Positions 38,024 through 47,520 are shown, counted from the first letter of the stretch. The stretch is DNA of 53,744 nt from a virus (IMGVR_UViG_3300022900_000014:1-53744); one strand, 5' to 3'. The notes: a model not told the origin generated them from the letters alone. Program-made: numbers and translations.

Positions 38024-38686
38024 TTATTTTACTAAGTCAAAATGACGTTCATATACGTGCAAGTTTTGAACTTGCCATGTGATAGTTCCTGGACGAACTC
38101 CAGTTGCTGCGGCAAGTTGATTTAATACTTCACGTTGCCATGCATAATCATTCTTATAACCATACACTGCATCATTAGATCGCATTTGTACTACAGCATG
38201 CAATCGAGTACGCACATAATATGTGACAGCATTAGTGCATATAAAATCGGATTTACCATGTTCGTCAAATTCAAGCCACATAGAAGGACGCGTATAGACT
38301 ATAGTAGCGCGTCGTCCATCTGGATTATTACGTAATTCTCTTAATGCATTATTGTATTGAGAAAAATACTTTTTGGACCAAATGAGATGTCCATAGTTAG
38401 AATTAATTTCACCATACTTATTTGCTGAATATTTCCAAGCAGCAGGCGGTTCTCTACCATCTGTATAGATGTCATTAATATTGGTTGATTGCGATTTATA
38501 CCAAGCAATTTCATTATTGATATAATCAACATTTGGTGTACCGAAAATTGCAGGTTCATCTGCAGTAAAAGATGCACCAATAAGTTCGATAGTGTTTTGT
38601 CCGTTCTTATCTACAGTAAAGGATTGATTTTTTAATTCGTTAATAAAATACGAACGAATATCACTTACTGTCATATGCATTATCAA
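38024..38686 (-). CDS. 42: dCMP hydroxymethylase-like protein (T4 gp42 family)
   Basis: NSNYG, DFICT (catalytic Cys), MRSNDAVYGYKND (Asp at the specificity position), NLHVYERH. Confidence 0.88.
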   Translation of the reverse strand: MIMHMTVSDIRSYFINELKNQSFTVDKNGQNTIELIGASFTADEPAIFGTPNVDYINNEIAWYKSQSTNINDIYTDGREPPAAWKYSANKYGEINSNYGHLIWSKKYFSQYNNALRELRNNPDGRRATIVYTRPSMWLEFDEHGKSDFICTNAVTYYVRTRLHAVVQMRSNDAVYGYKNDYAWQREVLNQLAAATGVRPGTITWQVQNLHVYERHFDLVK

Positions 38687-38837
38687 TGTCCTTTAACATA
38701 GTATTGATTTGAATTGTGCCTTCATAAAAGAGACCAGTATCTTCCCAAGTCATTGTAAACTTTTTGATTTCATAAGCACTGGTATTTGTAAAATCAGTTT
38801 TAGATTTTTTTGGTTGAAGCTTAATGATGTTATCCAT
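38661..38837 (-). CDS. Small hypothetical protein
   Basis: MDNIIKLQP... downstream of a terminator. Confidence 0.45.
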   Translation of the reverse strand: MDNIIKLQPKKSKTDFTNTSAYEIKKFTMTWEDTGLFYEGTIQINTMLKDIDNAYDSK

Positions 38838-38860
38838 ACTTAACCCGATAAAAGGACTTA

Positions 38861-38876
38861 GTCCCCCGAAGGGGAC
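38861..38876 (-). terminator. UUCG-tetraloop hairpin
   Basis: GTCCCC-TTCG-GGGGAC. Confidence 0.7.
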
Positions 38877-38893
38877 CAAGTTTGTAGCTTAAC

Positions 38894-39169
38894 TTATACA
38901 ATGCCCATTGCACGAGCTTTGTAACCAGCAGCAACGATCGCCTGAGTAGGAGTACCAAGTCGATAGAATGTGCGAGTTTCGCCACCCTTATTCGTACGGC
39001 GGTTTGCATAAATTGCAAAGCCTTTCTGACGAAGCGCTGTTATAGTCGCAGTTGGATTTGCTACAGCGAAGCGAGATTTCATCTGAGCAGCAGTCAAGCC
39101 TTTTGAGTCAGCCTGAAGAGCAGCGATTACTTTAGCTTCTTTAGTTACAGCAACATTTACATTAGTCAT
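38894..39169 (-). CDS. Winged-HTH DNA-binding protein
   Basis: LTAAQMKSRF...ATITALRQKGFAIY...YRLG. Confidence 0.7.
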   Translation of the reverse strand: MTNVNVAVTKEAKVIAALQADSKGLTAAQMKSRFAVANPTATITALRQKGFAIYANRRTNKGGETRTFYRLGTPTQAIVAAGYKARAMGIV

Positions 39170-39233
39170 ATTTTAATTCACCTTTTAAAATTTTAATTAC
39201 AAGTTTCATCTTATACGTCATAAGATACTTAAT

Positions 39234-39262
39234 ATTATATCACGTTTTGTGTGATATGTACA
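39234..39262 (-). promoter_or_regulatory. Sigma70-like promoter
   Basis: TGTACA-N17-TATAAT. Confidence 0.75.
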
Positions 39263-39288
39263 ACATTTTATCATCAGATAAAATTCTT

Positions 39289-39534
39289 TTATTTGCTATC
39301 CGCCATTTTACCATAGCCTTTAGCAATTTTCATTAAACGAGGATAATCGATATTAGGAAAATCTTCTATGGCTTCTTTTACAGCTTCAAGTTCCTTGATA
39401 CGAACGTCATCAAGTTGATTACGATACTTCAGTTTATCAGTGACAATTCCGTACATCTCGTATTTCTGGTTCAAATTGATTCGACCAATAAGCCTTTTAG
39501 CCTCTTTCGCATAGTCGCGATTATCTTCATTCAT
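39289..39534 (-). CDS. Hypothetical protein
   Basis: Coupled ORF. Confidence 0.6.
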   Translation of the reverse strand: MNEDNRDYAKEAKRLIGRINLNQKYEMYGIVTDKLKYRNQLDDVRIKELEAVKEAIEDFPNIDYPRLMKIAKGYGKMADSK

Positions 39535-39806
39535 AATGATATCCTATTTAACTTTTCATTTTGTATTTGGATATAATTGGAATGAATGATTCGAATCCAA
39601 TTAATACCATACACTAGTACGAGAATCAATACTCCGTATTGCTCGTTTATAAAAGCTGTAGCAAACCAAAACGGTTCTCCGATTAATCCAACAATCCCAG
39701 CTTTCATTCTTACATTTGGATCTTGTGATGCAAATAGATATAACGAAAAAAATCCAGTACAAGTGATTACTAGTTGGCAAAAATAATCGACGTAGTCAAT
39801 CACCAT
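39531..39806 (-). CDS. Small multi-TM membrane protein
   Basis: Three hydrophobic segments. Confidence 0.6.
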   Translation of the reverse strand: MVIDYVDYFCQLVITCTGFFSLYLFASQDPNVRMKAGIVGLIGEPFWFATAFINEQYGVLILVLVYGINWIRIIHSNYIQIQNEKLNRISL

Positions 39807-40342
39807 TAAGCTACTTTCACAGCAAACATATTAAATCCGTGAACGTCATAAGCTTGAACGTTCTCGTCTTCACACTCTACTTCAGTTCCATCTTCGTTCG
39901 GAACCATGATCTGCAGATCGCCATTCCGACCTTTCATGCCATAAACCATTACGGAATTCTCTTTAGCAAGTTGTGCCCAGATAGAACGTCCGCCAGGAGA
40001 TTGCATTGAACCTGCTTGCAAGACGATACCCATCTTCTTAATAATAAAAGCGTATGCTTTCACAGCAATACCAAAACCTTGAAACTTAGAATCGACTTTA
40101 GTTAGGTCAACGCTCCAAGAAGCACCTTTGCTTCCGCGTGACATAGAAAGTTCGATTTCACATGCAACCTTAGCAGGTCCACGATCTCTAGGCATAACGA
40201 CCTTAAAGTTCTTATATGCTAAACCTTCGTCGTCTACCCACACTTCAAGTGTACGTCCAATCTTACCGACAAAGCGGAATTCTCCACCGTAGTTGTCAAA
40301 TGTATAAAGTCGGTTAACTCGAGGATATTCAATTCTTTCCAT
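39806..40342 (-). CDS. GNAT-like early protein
   Basis: VDSKFQGFGIA acetyl-CoA motif, QSPGGRSIW; behind cassette 3. Confidence 0.6.
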   Translation of the reverse strand: MERIEYPRVNRLYTFDNYGGEFRFVGKIGRTLEVWVDDEGLAYKNFKVVMPRDRGPAKVACEIELSMSRGSKGASWSVDLTKVDSKFQGFGIAVKAYAFIIKKMGIVLQAGSMQSPGGRSIWAQLAKENSVMVYGMKGRNGDLQIMVPNEDGTEVECEDENVQAYDVHGFNMFAVKVA

Positions 40343-40374
40343 AATGTATGTCTCTTTAATCACAGTATAGGGTA

Positions 40375-40496
40375 ATTATACGACATCTGGCCGGAGATGT
40401 ACAATTTATTTTCTCCTTATAAATCAATCACTTAGGAAATCGGATCCGTAAGCTGTTGATTTATAAAGAGATTTAAATTGTCACAAATTGTATCAG
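40375..40496 (-). promoter_or_regulatory. Promoter cassette 3
   Basis: -10 at 40375, -35 at 40398; sites at 40421/40448. Confidence 0.85.
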
Positions 40497-40561
40497 AAAT
40501 CCTCTTCCGTGGGCGCTCGTGGCCGCTCGCTGTTAACTAGACATGATATATGATACTCGGG

Positions 40562-40939
40562 CTATGCTTCCGGATCGACTGGGGCTACCTGGTGAGGAGC
40601 CTTTGTTCTATTAAGGAAGTCTTTATTCGGATCCTGACCTGGAATCTTGCCGCGGGCATACGCCACACCGAATGAGGCATAATTGATTAGGTCTTTGAAC
40701 GAGTCTTCTACCGATTCGAAGTTTGGTTCATAGGTAGGATCATTCTCCATAGCTTCTAGTACAGACCATAATCGTAGAGTCTTAGTATGAATAATATCCA
40801 TCAATGACGCAATACCACGTGGATAGTAATCAGCTTGAACGATTCGTGAGTTTTCATTCTGATAGTCACGAGATTTCCTGTCTTGAAGTTCAGCACATTC
40901 TTGAAGTACTTTTATTGATTCACGCATAGTGTTCTCCAT
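40562..40939 (-). CDS. Nucleotide-modification-associated (Nmad1/DUF1599-like) protein
   Basis: RKSRDY...K..R...ESVEDSFKDLINYA. Confidence 0.6.
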   Translation of the reverse strand: MENTMRESIKVLQECAELQDRKSRDYQNENSRIVQADYYPRGIASLMDIIHTKTLRLWSVLEAMENDPTYEPNFESVEDSFKDLINYASFGVAYARGKIPGQDPNKDFLNRTKAPHQVAPVDPEA

Positions 40940-40950
40940 ATTAATAATAT

Positions 40951-40979
40951 ATTATACAACAGTTTTGACGAAATGTACA
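40951..40979 (-). promoter_or_regulatory. Sigma70-like promoter
   Basis: TGTACA-N17-TATAAT. Confidence 0.7.
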
Positions 40980-41383
40980 CCGTCATAATCATATATGCCT
41001 TCTAGATAGTAATCTAAAGTTTTCTTATCTCCGATAAAGACGTATACTCTCTTGGCGTATTTCCTCCAGCTTTCTGAAGCAGCTTTTTCGCATCGCTCTA
41101 TTACGTATGGCACGTAATACTCACCTTCGGTTACCTTTACTTCTATTGACGCTCCACCCATCGATACCGGCTCGAACAAATCTTTATAGTCTCTAACATC
41201 ATCGATATACCCTTGTTGCAAAAGATATACTTCAGCTGCTAGACCATACATACTTGTCGCCATTATTTCTTCAAGCGTTCTTCCGCGACGAGTACTTTCT
41301 TTAGCAAAGATCTTTTGCGATTCTTCACGAGATCTATTTTTTAGTATCTCAGAATCAACATCATGTATCGCATTAAACTTCAT
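40952..41383 (-). CDS. PD-(D/E)XK-like protein
   Basis: GLAAE...KDL...IEVKVT. Confidence 0.55.
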   Translation of the reverse strand: MKFNAIHDVDSEILKNRSREESQKIFAKESTRRGRTLEEIMATSMYGLAAEVYLLQQGYIDDVRDYKDLFEPVSMGGASIEVKVTEGEYYVPYVIERCEKAASESWRKYAKRVYVFIGDKKTLDYYLEGIYDYDGVHFVKTVV

Positions 41384-42312
41384 AGATTCGTATACACAAA
41401 TTCGATTGCTCGATTTGCTTCAGTATCAAGTGGTCTATTCTCATACCAATTACCAGTTTCAAGATCTAGCTCTTTACATAGATCTACAATTTCTTGAGTG
41501 GTGATCGGATATTTTTGCTTTACTGCATTTGCTGCGATTGATACCATGAGTTGATACATCTTATGATACCAACCGGTTTCAGATATTGTCTTATATTCTA
41601 AAACCAACTTCTTACTAACGAATGGACAATTAGTATAAGAAGTCCATCTAATATTAGTATTATCCATTTGCTCTTTACGATGTGCAATCAATTGCTTTTG
41701 CATTTCTTCCGGTAAGGAATCAAACAGCGTATTGCCGGTTTTCTTTTGTGCATACGGATGCTTTATAAGAAGAGCATTGACATCAATATCATCGCCTGGA
41801 TTACTGAAAATAAAGTTGTTAGAATCAGCATAGTTCGCAGGGATGTAATACATTCGTGAAACGTCTTTAGTTTGCTTATCTCCCATCGAGTCAAGTTCGG
41901 TATTGAGGGCATACCAGAAATGTTGTATTTTGTCCGATTCAATGCTCCTATTAAGACTGAAGACAAGTCTGAACTTCGGCTTATCAATACTTGAACTTGC
42001 CGTAGAATAGCAAATATACTTCCAAGAATTATTAATGCGAGTATTAAGTACATCTCGTAGATTCTCCATTGTGCAATCTAAATCATCAACATCAACTGCT
42101 GCCCAACCACACCACTTCTCTACATTCTTATTAGCGCGTGTAGTGCCATCATGATATACTGCTGGAGATATTAGTTGTGCATCTTTTTTATTTTTTACGT
42201 CGATTTTAGATAATGAATACAGCAAATCCTCGAACTCGCTCCAAGAATTGAAGTCCATTCGACGATTCGTTTTATTATCCCAATGTGATTTGAATAGCGT
42301 AAGTGAATACAT
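41380..42312 (-). CDS. AEP/prim-pol-like protein
   Basis: VDVDD, YSTASS, KFRLV, KDVSRMYYIP. Confidence 0.6.
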   Translation of the reverse strand: MYSLTLFKSHWDNKTNRRMDFNSWSEFEDLLYSLSKIDVKNKKDAQLISPAVYHDGTTRANKNVEKWCGWAAVDVDDLDCTMENLRDVLNTRINNSWKYICYSTASSSIDKPKFRLVFSLNRSIESDKIQHFWYALNTELDSMGDKQTKDVSRMYYIPANYADSNNFIFSNPGDDIDVNALLIKHPYAQKKTGNTLFDSLPEEMQKQLIAHRKEQMDNTNIRWTSYTNCPFVSKKLVLEYKTISETGWYHKMYQLMVSIAANAVKQKYPITTQEIVDLCKELDLETGNWYENRPLDTEANRAIEFVYTNL

Positions 42313-42734
42313 TACTTAAATGTTCGTGGTAAAAATCCATGATTGCCAGAATGATCCGGTGCTTTCCATTCTTTTGGTTTGATCAGATCCGGTAGTCCGA
42401 GTGGATTTGGACGTGATTCTTTTACACCAACCTCTTTAGCCATGTTTGCAGCATGCACACGATCCCATGCTTGATATGCATCAATACCAAACGAATCAAG
42501 TGTACCAATAGCAACAACGCACAGATCAATAAGACCGTCTACAATTTCTTCTGGATCTTTTACACCAGCTGCATTAATAGTTTCAGTTAGCTCTTCATCT
42601 AAGAACGCAAGACGAAACTTAAGGAATGCCTGAAGCTTTTCGACATCGCTATTGATAATTTTTTCTGATACCCATTCATGCACACCGTATTTTTTGTGCA
42701 TGTCATTGATATCTTGCACCCAATCTTTACTCAT
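42312..42734 (-). CDS. MazG-like NTP pyrophosphohydrolase
   Basis: EELTE...EIVDGLID, ANMAK, KP. Confidence 0.8.
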   Translation of the reverse strand: MSKDWVQDINDMHKKYGVHEWVSEKIINSDVEKLQAFLKFRLAFLDEELTETINAAGVKDPEEIVDGLIDLCVVAIGTLDSFGIDAYQAWDRVHAANMAKEVGVKESRPNPLGLPDLIKPKEWKAPDHSGNHGFLPRTFK

Positions 42735-42763
42735 AACAACTCCTGTATTTTAGTTTATAGTAT

Positions 42764-42792
42764 ATTATACCACGCTTTTGCAAAAATGTACA
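42764..42792 (-). promoter_or_regulatory. Sigma70-like promoter
   Basis: TGTACA-N17-TATAAT. Confidence 0.75.
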
Positions 42793-42793
42793 C

Positions 42794-45286
42794 CTATTCG
42801 AAAAAGCTTTCAAGTGTATTCTGTTCTTCAACTGTCCATCCAACTGCAGTAAGAATCGGCTCGATAGGATCTATGAACGTTTTCTGAAATTGTAGATCGT
42901 AATCAACATATTTTTTTAGGTGCAAGTCTTCAGGAAAATAGACGGGAAACGATATAACATTTTCACGAATACTATTCGGTATTTTTAGATAGCAGAATTT
43001 TATCTTCTCGCCATTCTGGATTAGTTCATATTTCTTTTGCAGATTTTTGTCTTTGATATGATAGTTATATAACAATGCACCTCTCACGTGAATCGGTGTA
43101 CCTTTACTGTATATAGTCGACTTACGTTTCCACTTATTGATATCGTTTACTCCACGAGGGAATGATATATCTTCAGGCGGAAGAGTCCTAAAATAGTTTT
43201 TGAAGTCGAGTATTGCTTTTTGAGTTTTACTTTCAGATCCAGCAATAATAACTTTGAATAAGTTCTTAAGGGCATCACGACACACGGCAGGAGTTGAAGA
43301 CTTAATTGCCTCAATGCCCATAATCTTAAGTTTTGGTTCAGCATATTGAACACCTTCTGAGTTATGCACATTCAGAATGTATCGTTTCTTTGCTGTCCAT
43401 ATGCCACGATCTGCAATTACCTCACGACCCATAACCATTCGATTATCATAGCAATTCATCTTATCCGATAATGCTGAATACGATTCTTTGAATACCTTTT
43501 CGAAATGCTGCTGGCAAATGTCATCTAAGAATTTTACTGGATTTACCGGATTAAACTTATTGACTAATGGTCCGAAGTTAACATAAAGCGAATCAGTATC
43601 GATTGCAATTACATAGTCAACATTGTCAGAACCTAACAACTTATTCATTGCGATATTAAGTGCTTGCTCTGCAGATCTAATTGCTAGTTGACCAGATAAC
43701 GTAATACCTTCAGCTACGCGAAGGTCAAAATACCTGAAGTACTTATTGCCTAGCGCACCATAAAGAGAGTTAAGTAGAATCTTAATAGCCATCTGTCTGT
43801 TTTCGAGCTGATTGATTTCACGCTCAAGCTTAATAGATGGATTCTTTTCATTCTCCTGCATTGCTTGAAGCATTTGCTTCTTTACAGCTTTACGCTCATC
43901 ATAATATTTGACAATGATGTTCGGAAGTACACCTTGAAACTCGTGAGTATACGTAGAACCGTTAGCTGCAACGGAATGCTTTGACTTGACTTTTTCTGTA
44001 GTGCGAAGATAATAGTCTACACCAGATGCATGAGTTTCATCTTGCAAGGTTTCAGGTGACATGTTGTATTGCACAATCAGATTCGGATACAGCGAGTTTA
44101 AGTCGAACGATACGACCCAATCATGTATTCCTACCTGAGGCTCTTTTACATAACCACCTGGATACTTTGCTTTAAACTTCTCTTCTGAAGGAGGCGGTAC
44201 TACTTTCTTTCGATTGAGTTCTCGATAAATGATCGAATCCCATATTGCTGTAGTACCGAATGTATCTGAATAGTTCACGCCACCTTTATAAGCAATCGTC
44301 ATGGCTAGCGTAATAAGACCCATCTTTTCTTCGAGTCGATCGATAAGCTCTACGTCTTTGATGTTATAGTCAATGAATTTTTGATGATTGTTTTTATAAA
44401 GCGTATGTAGATTCCCGTAGTCGTCATACGATATCTTATTTTCACCGAGTACGACGTGTGCTATATGGTCAAGCTTGTATGATTCTTGTGGACCATATGA
44501 ATAGCCAAACTTTTGAAAGAGGTCGAGATAGTCCATTTGCTGAATACCTGATATATCGTAGGTATCCATCTGCTTACCTTTTACAGCAACTTGTCGGTAT
44601 TGCACAGACTTCCATGGAGATAGCGACTTAATTGAATCTTCACCGAACAATCGATTCATACGATTTACAATGTAAGGAATATCGAAGAGTCTAGAGTTCC
44701 AGCCAGTAATTACGTCTGGAGTATTTTCTTCCTTTTCCCACCAATGAACAAAAGATGCGAGAAGATGTTTTTCTGATTCGCATCGAGTATATTCAATTTT
44801 TAGATGAGGAAGTTCAGTTTTTGCTGGATCGTAATCTCCACTTGCCCACACGTGATAGATGTTATCAATATTGTTCTTGATACAAATAGCTGTTATAGGA
44901 TGTGCAGCTTCTTCAGGAAACGGAAACCCATCATCAGATGCAACCTCGATATCGATAGCTGCTACATTAATAAAGTTACGGTTGAATTCGATTTCGTCTG
45001 GGAAGGTTTCAGTAATAAACTGATGAATATAGTTCTGTGTACCGTATATCTTAAAATTCTGTACGCCTTTATATTGCTCTATAAATTCCTTTGCTTCACG
45101 CATAGTACTAAAATCAATCGGTGATACGCTAGTACCATCGATTGACTTCCATACATTTTCTTTATTAGAAGGAATGAAAAGCTTAGGTTTGAACTTTACT
45201 TTTTTCTGTACTCTATTTCCAGAATTGTTGTATCCACGATAAAGTAATTGATTGCCATATCTAGCAACACTAGTATAAAAACTCAA
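42794..45286 (-). CDS. 43: Family B DNA polymerase (T4 gp43)
   Basis: DIEV, FDIPY, YNIKD, DLNSLYP, KILLNSLYG, DTDS, KKRY; TTG start after AGGAG. Confidence 0.97.
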   Translation of the reverse strand: MSFYTSVARYGNQLLYRGYNNSGNRVQKKVKFKPKLFIPSNKENVWKSIDGTSVSPIDFSTMREAKEFIEQYKGVQNFKIYGTQNYIHQFITETFPDEIEFNRNFINVAAIDIEVASDDGFPFPEEAAHPITAICIKNNIDNIYHVWASGDYDPAKTELPHLKIEYTRCESEKHLLASFVHWWEKEENTPDVITGWNSRLFDIPYIVNRMNRLFGEDSIKSLSPWKSVQYRQVAVKGKQMDTYDISGIQQMDYLDLFQKFGYSYGPQESYKLDHIAHVVLGENKISYDDYGNLHTLYKNNHQKFIDYNIKDVELIDRLEEKMGLITLAMTIAYKGGVNYSDTFGTTAIWDSIIYRELNRKKVVPPPSEEKFKAKYPGGYVKEPQVGIHDWVVSFDLNSLYPNLIVQYNMSPETLQDETHASGVDYYLRTTEKVKSKHSVAANGSTYTHEFQGVLPNIIVKYYDERKAVKKQMLQAMQENEKNPSIKLEREINQLENRQMAIKILLNSLYGALGNKYFRYFDLRVAEGITLSGQLAIRSAEQALNIAMNKLLGSDNVDYVIAIDTDSLYVNFGPLVNKFNPVNPVKFLDDICQQHFEKVFKESYSALSDKMNCYDNRMVMGREVIADRGIWTAKKRYILNVHNSEGVQYAEPKLKIMGIEAIKSSTPAVCRDALKNLFKVIIAGSESKTQKAILDFKNYFRTLPPEDISFPRGVNDINKWKRKSTIYSKGTPIHVRGALLYNYHIKDKNLQKKYELIQNGEKIKFCYLKIPNSIRENVISFPVYFPEDLHLKKYVDYDLQFQKTFIDPIEPILTAVGWTVEEQNTLESFFE

Positions 45287-45315
45287 AATAAAACTCCTTC
45301 TCAATAATATAGTAC

Positions 45316-45344
45316 ATTATATCACACTTTTGCGGAGTTGTATA
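45316..45344 (-). promoter_or_regulatory. Sigma70-like promoter of gene 43
   Basis: TATACA-N17-TATAAT. Confidence 0.65.
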
Positions 45345-45629
45345 CTATAGAATGATCTTTTTTTCAGGAGCAATTACCTTTTGATGGATTGATCGATACT
45401 GCTGTTCTAGACCTTCAACTGGACTAGTCACAAACCCCACCATGCTATGCTTAAGCAAAGTAGGTTCATCTTGCATTGTTGTATATGGCATCATATTCAT
45501 TATGCCTACGCCCTTTTCGGTTGGTACAATCATGCCAGGAGTTTCAAGCTCAAATCCTTCTTCAACTTCTTTTACGTATGCAATTACTTCTTCACCACTA
45601 ATCAATCGTATAACTTTCACTGTTTTCAT
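45345..45629 (-). CDS. Sm-like conserved T4-like phage protein
   Basis: IRLISGEEVIA; lies between hsp20 and 43. Confidence 0.6.
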   Translation of the reverse strand: MKTVKVIRLISGEEVIAYVKEVEEGFELETPGMIVPTEKGVGIMNMMPYTTMQDEPTLLKHSMVGFVTSPVEGLEQQYRSIHQKVIAPEKKIIL

Positions 45630-45639
45630 AAATTTACCT

Positions 45640-45667
45640 AAAAAAGAAAGCGCCTCCGAAGAGGCGC
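45640..45667 (-). terminator. Rho-independent terminator with UUCG loop
   Basis: GCGCCTC-TTCG-GAGGCGC-TTTCTTTTTT. Confidence 0.88.
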
Positions 45668-45674
45668 CATAGAG

Positions 45675-46115
45675 TTAATCCTCTATTAAGAGCTGAGGAG
45701 ATTCTGTTTCAATCGCAATCTTACGAGGCTTCTTCTCATCTGGAAGTTCACGTGCAAGATGGATTGTAAGGATTCCATTCACAAGATTTGCAGACTTAAC
45801 TTCCACGTACTGTGCTAAGTTAAATGAATGCTTGAACTTGCGAGATGAAATTCCTTTATGTACATAGTTACGATCTTCTGCGTGTACTGGACTTCCAGTA
45901 ATAGTTAGAACCTGATCGCGTAATTCAATATCGAGGTCTTCCATGCTGAATCCAGCAATTGCTACTTCTATATTGAATTTGTCTTTATCGTCAAAATAGA
46001 CAATGTTATATGGCGGATAATTCGCAGCTTTATCTGACGAAGTTTCCAGATCCCTAAAGAGTCTATCAAAGCCGATAAAAGATGGGTGCGCACGAAACGC
46101 ATTAAGATGTGTCAT
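45675..46115 (-). CDS. hsp20: Small heat-shock protein (IbpA-like)
   Basis: IGFDRLF, NYPPYNI, AIAGF, HKGIS.R.F, NGILTI. Confidence 0.95.
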   Translation of the reverse strand: MTHLNAFRAHPSFIGFDRLFRDLETSSDKAANYPPYNIVYFDDKDKFNIEVAIAGFSMEDLDIELRDQVLTITGSPVHAEDRNYVHKGISSRKFKHSFNLAQYVEVKSANLVNGILTIHLARELPDEKKPRKIAIETESPQLLIED

Positions 46116-46172
46116 AATGACCTCCTATTAAGCAAGGTAAAATAAATGAGGCCGGCCTATCCGCACCTCATT
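46113..46172 (-). promoter_or_regulatory. ROSE-like RNA thermometer in the hsp20 leader
   Basis: ACCUUGCU-UAAU-AGGAGGU hairpin sequesters the SD; a second hairpin lies upstream. Confidence 0.65.
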
Positions 46173-46190
46173 ACTATATATACACGATAT

Positions 46191-47087
46191 TTACATATTG
46201 TGTAATTCTTTAAAGCCCAAGAGTTTTTTAGATGATATTATCTCAAAAAACGTTTTTGCTTCTGGGCCATTCAATTTAGAATACTTAAATTGTACTTCTG
46301 AAAATAGCGGCCTATAATGGAGAGTACGATCTTTAGGTACCAACATTAATTGACCAGTTGTAACCATATCACCTTTTGCTGGATCGCCAGTTCTAACAGG
46401 ATTCATAAAGGTATCTTTATCTGGCGAAACAGATATAGCATCGAGCATATCTAATGGGTTTTCGTTTTTCGCAACAGAAGCTTTAGCGTATTTTAATCTC
46501 ATTTCAGAAGACTTACGTGAATGCTTAAAATACGGATCTTCTGCATTTGAATCGTATCCTAACTCCGGTATAAGTATACCGTGGTTAGTTCTTACAATCA
46601 TATCTTTTACTTTTACAACTTTATATATGTATTCCCTAGGATTTTCTTTTGTAGCATCTTCTTTTTTTACAGTAAATCCACCTTCAAGTAAGTAACACTC
46701 ATCAGAATTAAAAACTATAGTACAACCAGCAAGTTCTTTCTGCACCAATAAGTTAATAGCTTTCATCGGGCTTTTAAGAAGCAAAGCGTCTCTGATAGTT
46801 TTACCGTCAGGAGACATAAACCCAGGATCATTTCTCTTTCTCTGGTACGCATCTACTTTATCAGCTTCTTTTTCATCGCTTTTTACTGAAAGAGAAGCTG
46901 ATAATATGCATAGACCAAATTCATTTAGTCCTTCAGTATATCTACTTTTTAGATCATCAATATATAGGCGTTGAACGCCAGTCCTATTTGATTGGACAAT
47001 TTGGATAGAGGGAAGATAGTTTCTATCTCTATTTTTAGATCCAACAAAACCGACACCATCAAAATACTTAACAGCGACGACGCACAT
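46191..47087 (-). CDS. Ntn-hydrolase-like protein (N-terminal Cys)
   Basis: MCVV, KNRDR, EGLNEFG, RTNH. Confidence 0.65.
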   Translation of the reverse strand: MCVVAVKYFDGVGFVGSKNRDRNYLPSIQIVQSNRTGVQRLYIDDLKSRYTEGLNEFGLCILSASLSVKSDEKEADKVDAYQRKRNDPGFMSPDGKTIRDALLLKSPMKAINLLVQKELAGCTIVFNSDECYLLEGGFTVKKEDATKENPREYIYKVVKVKDMIVRTNHGILIPELGYDSNAEDPYFKHSRKSSEMRLKYAKASVAKNENPLDMLDAISVSPDKDTFMNPVRTGDPAKGDMVTTGQLMLVPKDRTLHYRPLFSEVQFKYSKLNGPEAKTFFEIISSKKLLGFKELHNM

Positions 47088-47097
47088 ATGATATCCT

Positions 47098-47520
47098 TTA
47101 TTTGTTTCCGATATTGTATTTGGGAGATAGTTCCCAGTTATTTTTTTCTGAATGGGAAATTACTTTAATTTGCCTTAACGGAGCGCAATCACTTCCTGCT
47201 TCAGGATTAACCATAGTAAGTAGCCCCCAATCCGAAAGTAGAGTGGCTATAGTATTTCTTCGCTGAACATCATTTAACGTTAGATTCGATGGCTTTGCGT
47301 CAAGTAAAAAGAGCTCTTTAAAGTGCACTATAAAATATCTACCCTGCTTATGTAGTATATGGCAAGATTGATATAGTTTACGATCTTTACGTGATGCAAC
47401 ACCAATGCGCGTCAATGTTTCACGAACCTTAAGAAAGTCGTCGGGCTCATTCAATGTAACTTCCAGCATTGCGCTTGGATCCCAAGCAACAACCTGATCC
47501 TCATTATTATTATTTTCCAC
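47098..47520 (-). CDS. regA: Translational repressor RegA
   Basis: DFLKVRETLTRIG, QSCHILHKQGRYFIVHFKEL. Confidence 0.96.
   Translation of the reverse strand: MENNNNEDQVVAWDPSAMLEVTLNEPDDFLKVRETLTRIGVASRKDRKLYQSCHILHKQGRYFIVHFKELFLLDAKPSNLTLNDVQRRNTIATLLSDWGLLTMVNPEAGSDCAPLRQIKVISHSEKNNWELSPKYNIGNK

Noticed and set aside
38024-38686. ThyA thymidylate synthase
   Set aside because: The DFICT and GYKND motifs match gp42, and ThyX is present
14720-45286. Introns or inteins in nrdA, nrdB, thyX, 41, uvsX or 43; alternative genetic code
   Set aside because: All are contiguous, normal-length ORFs in the standard code
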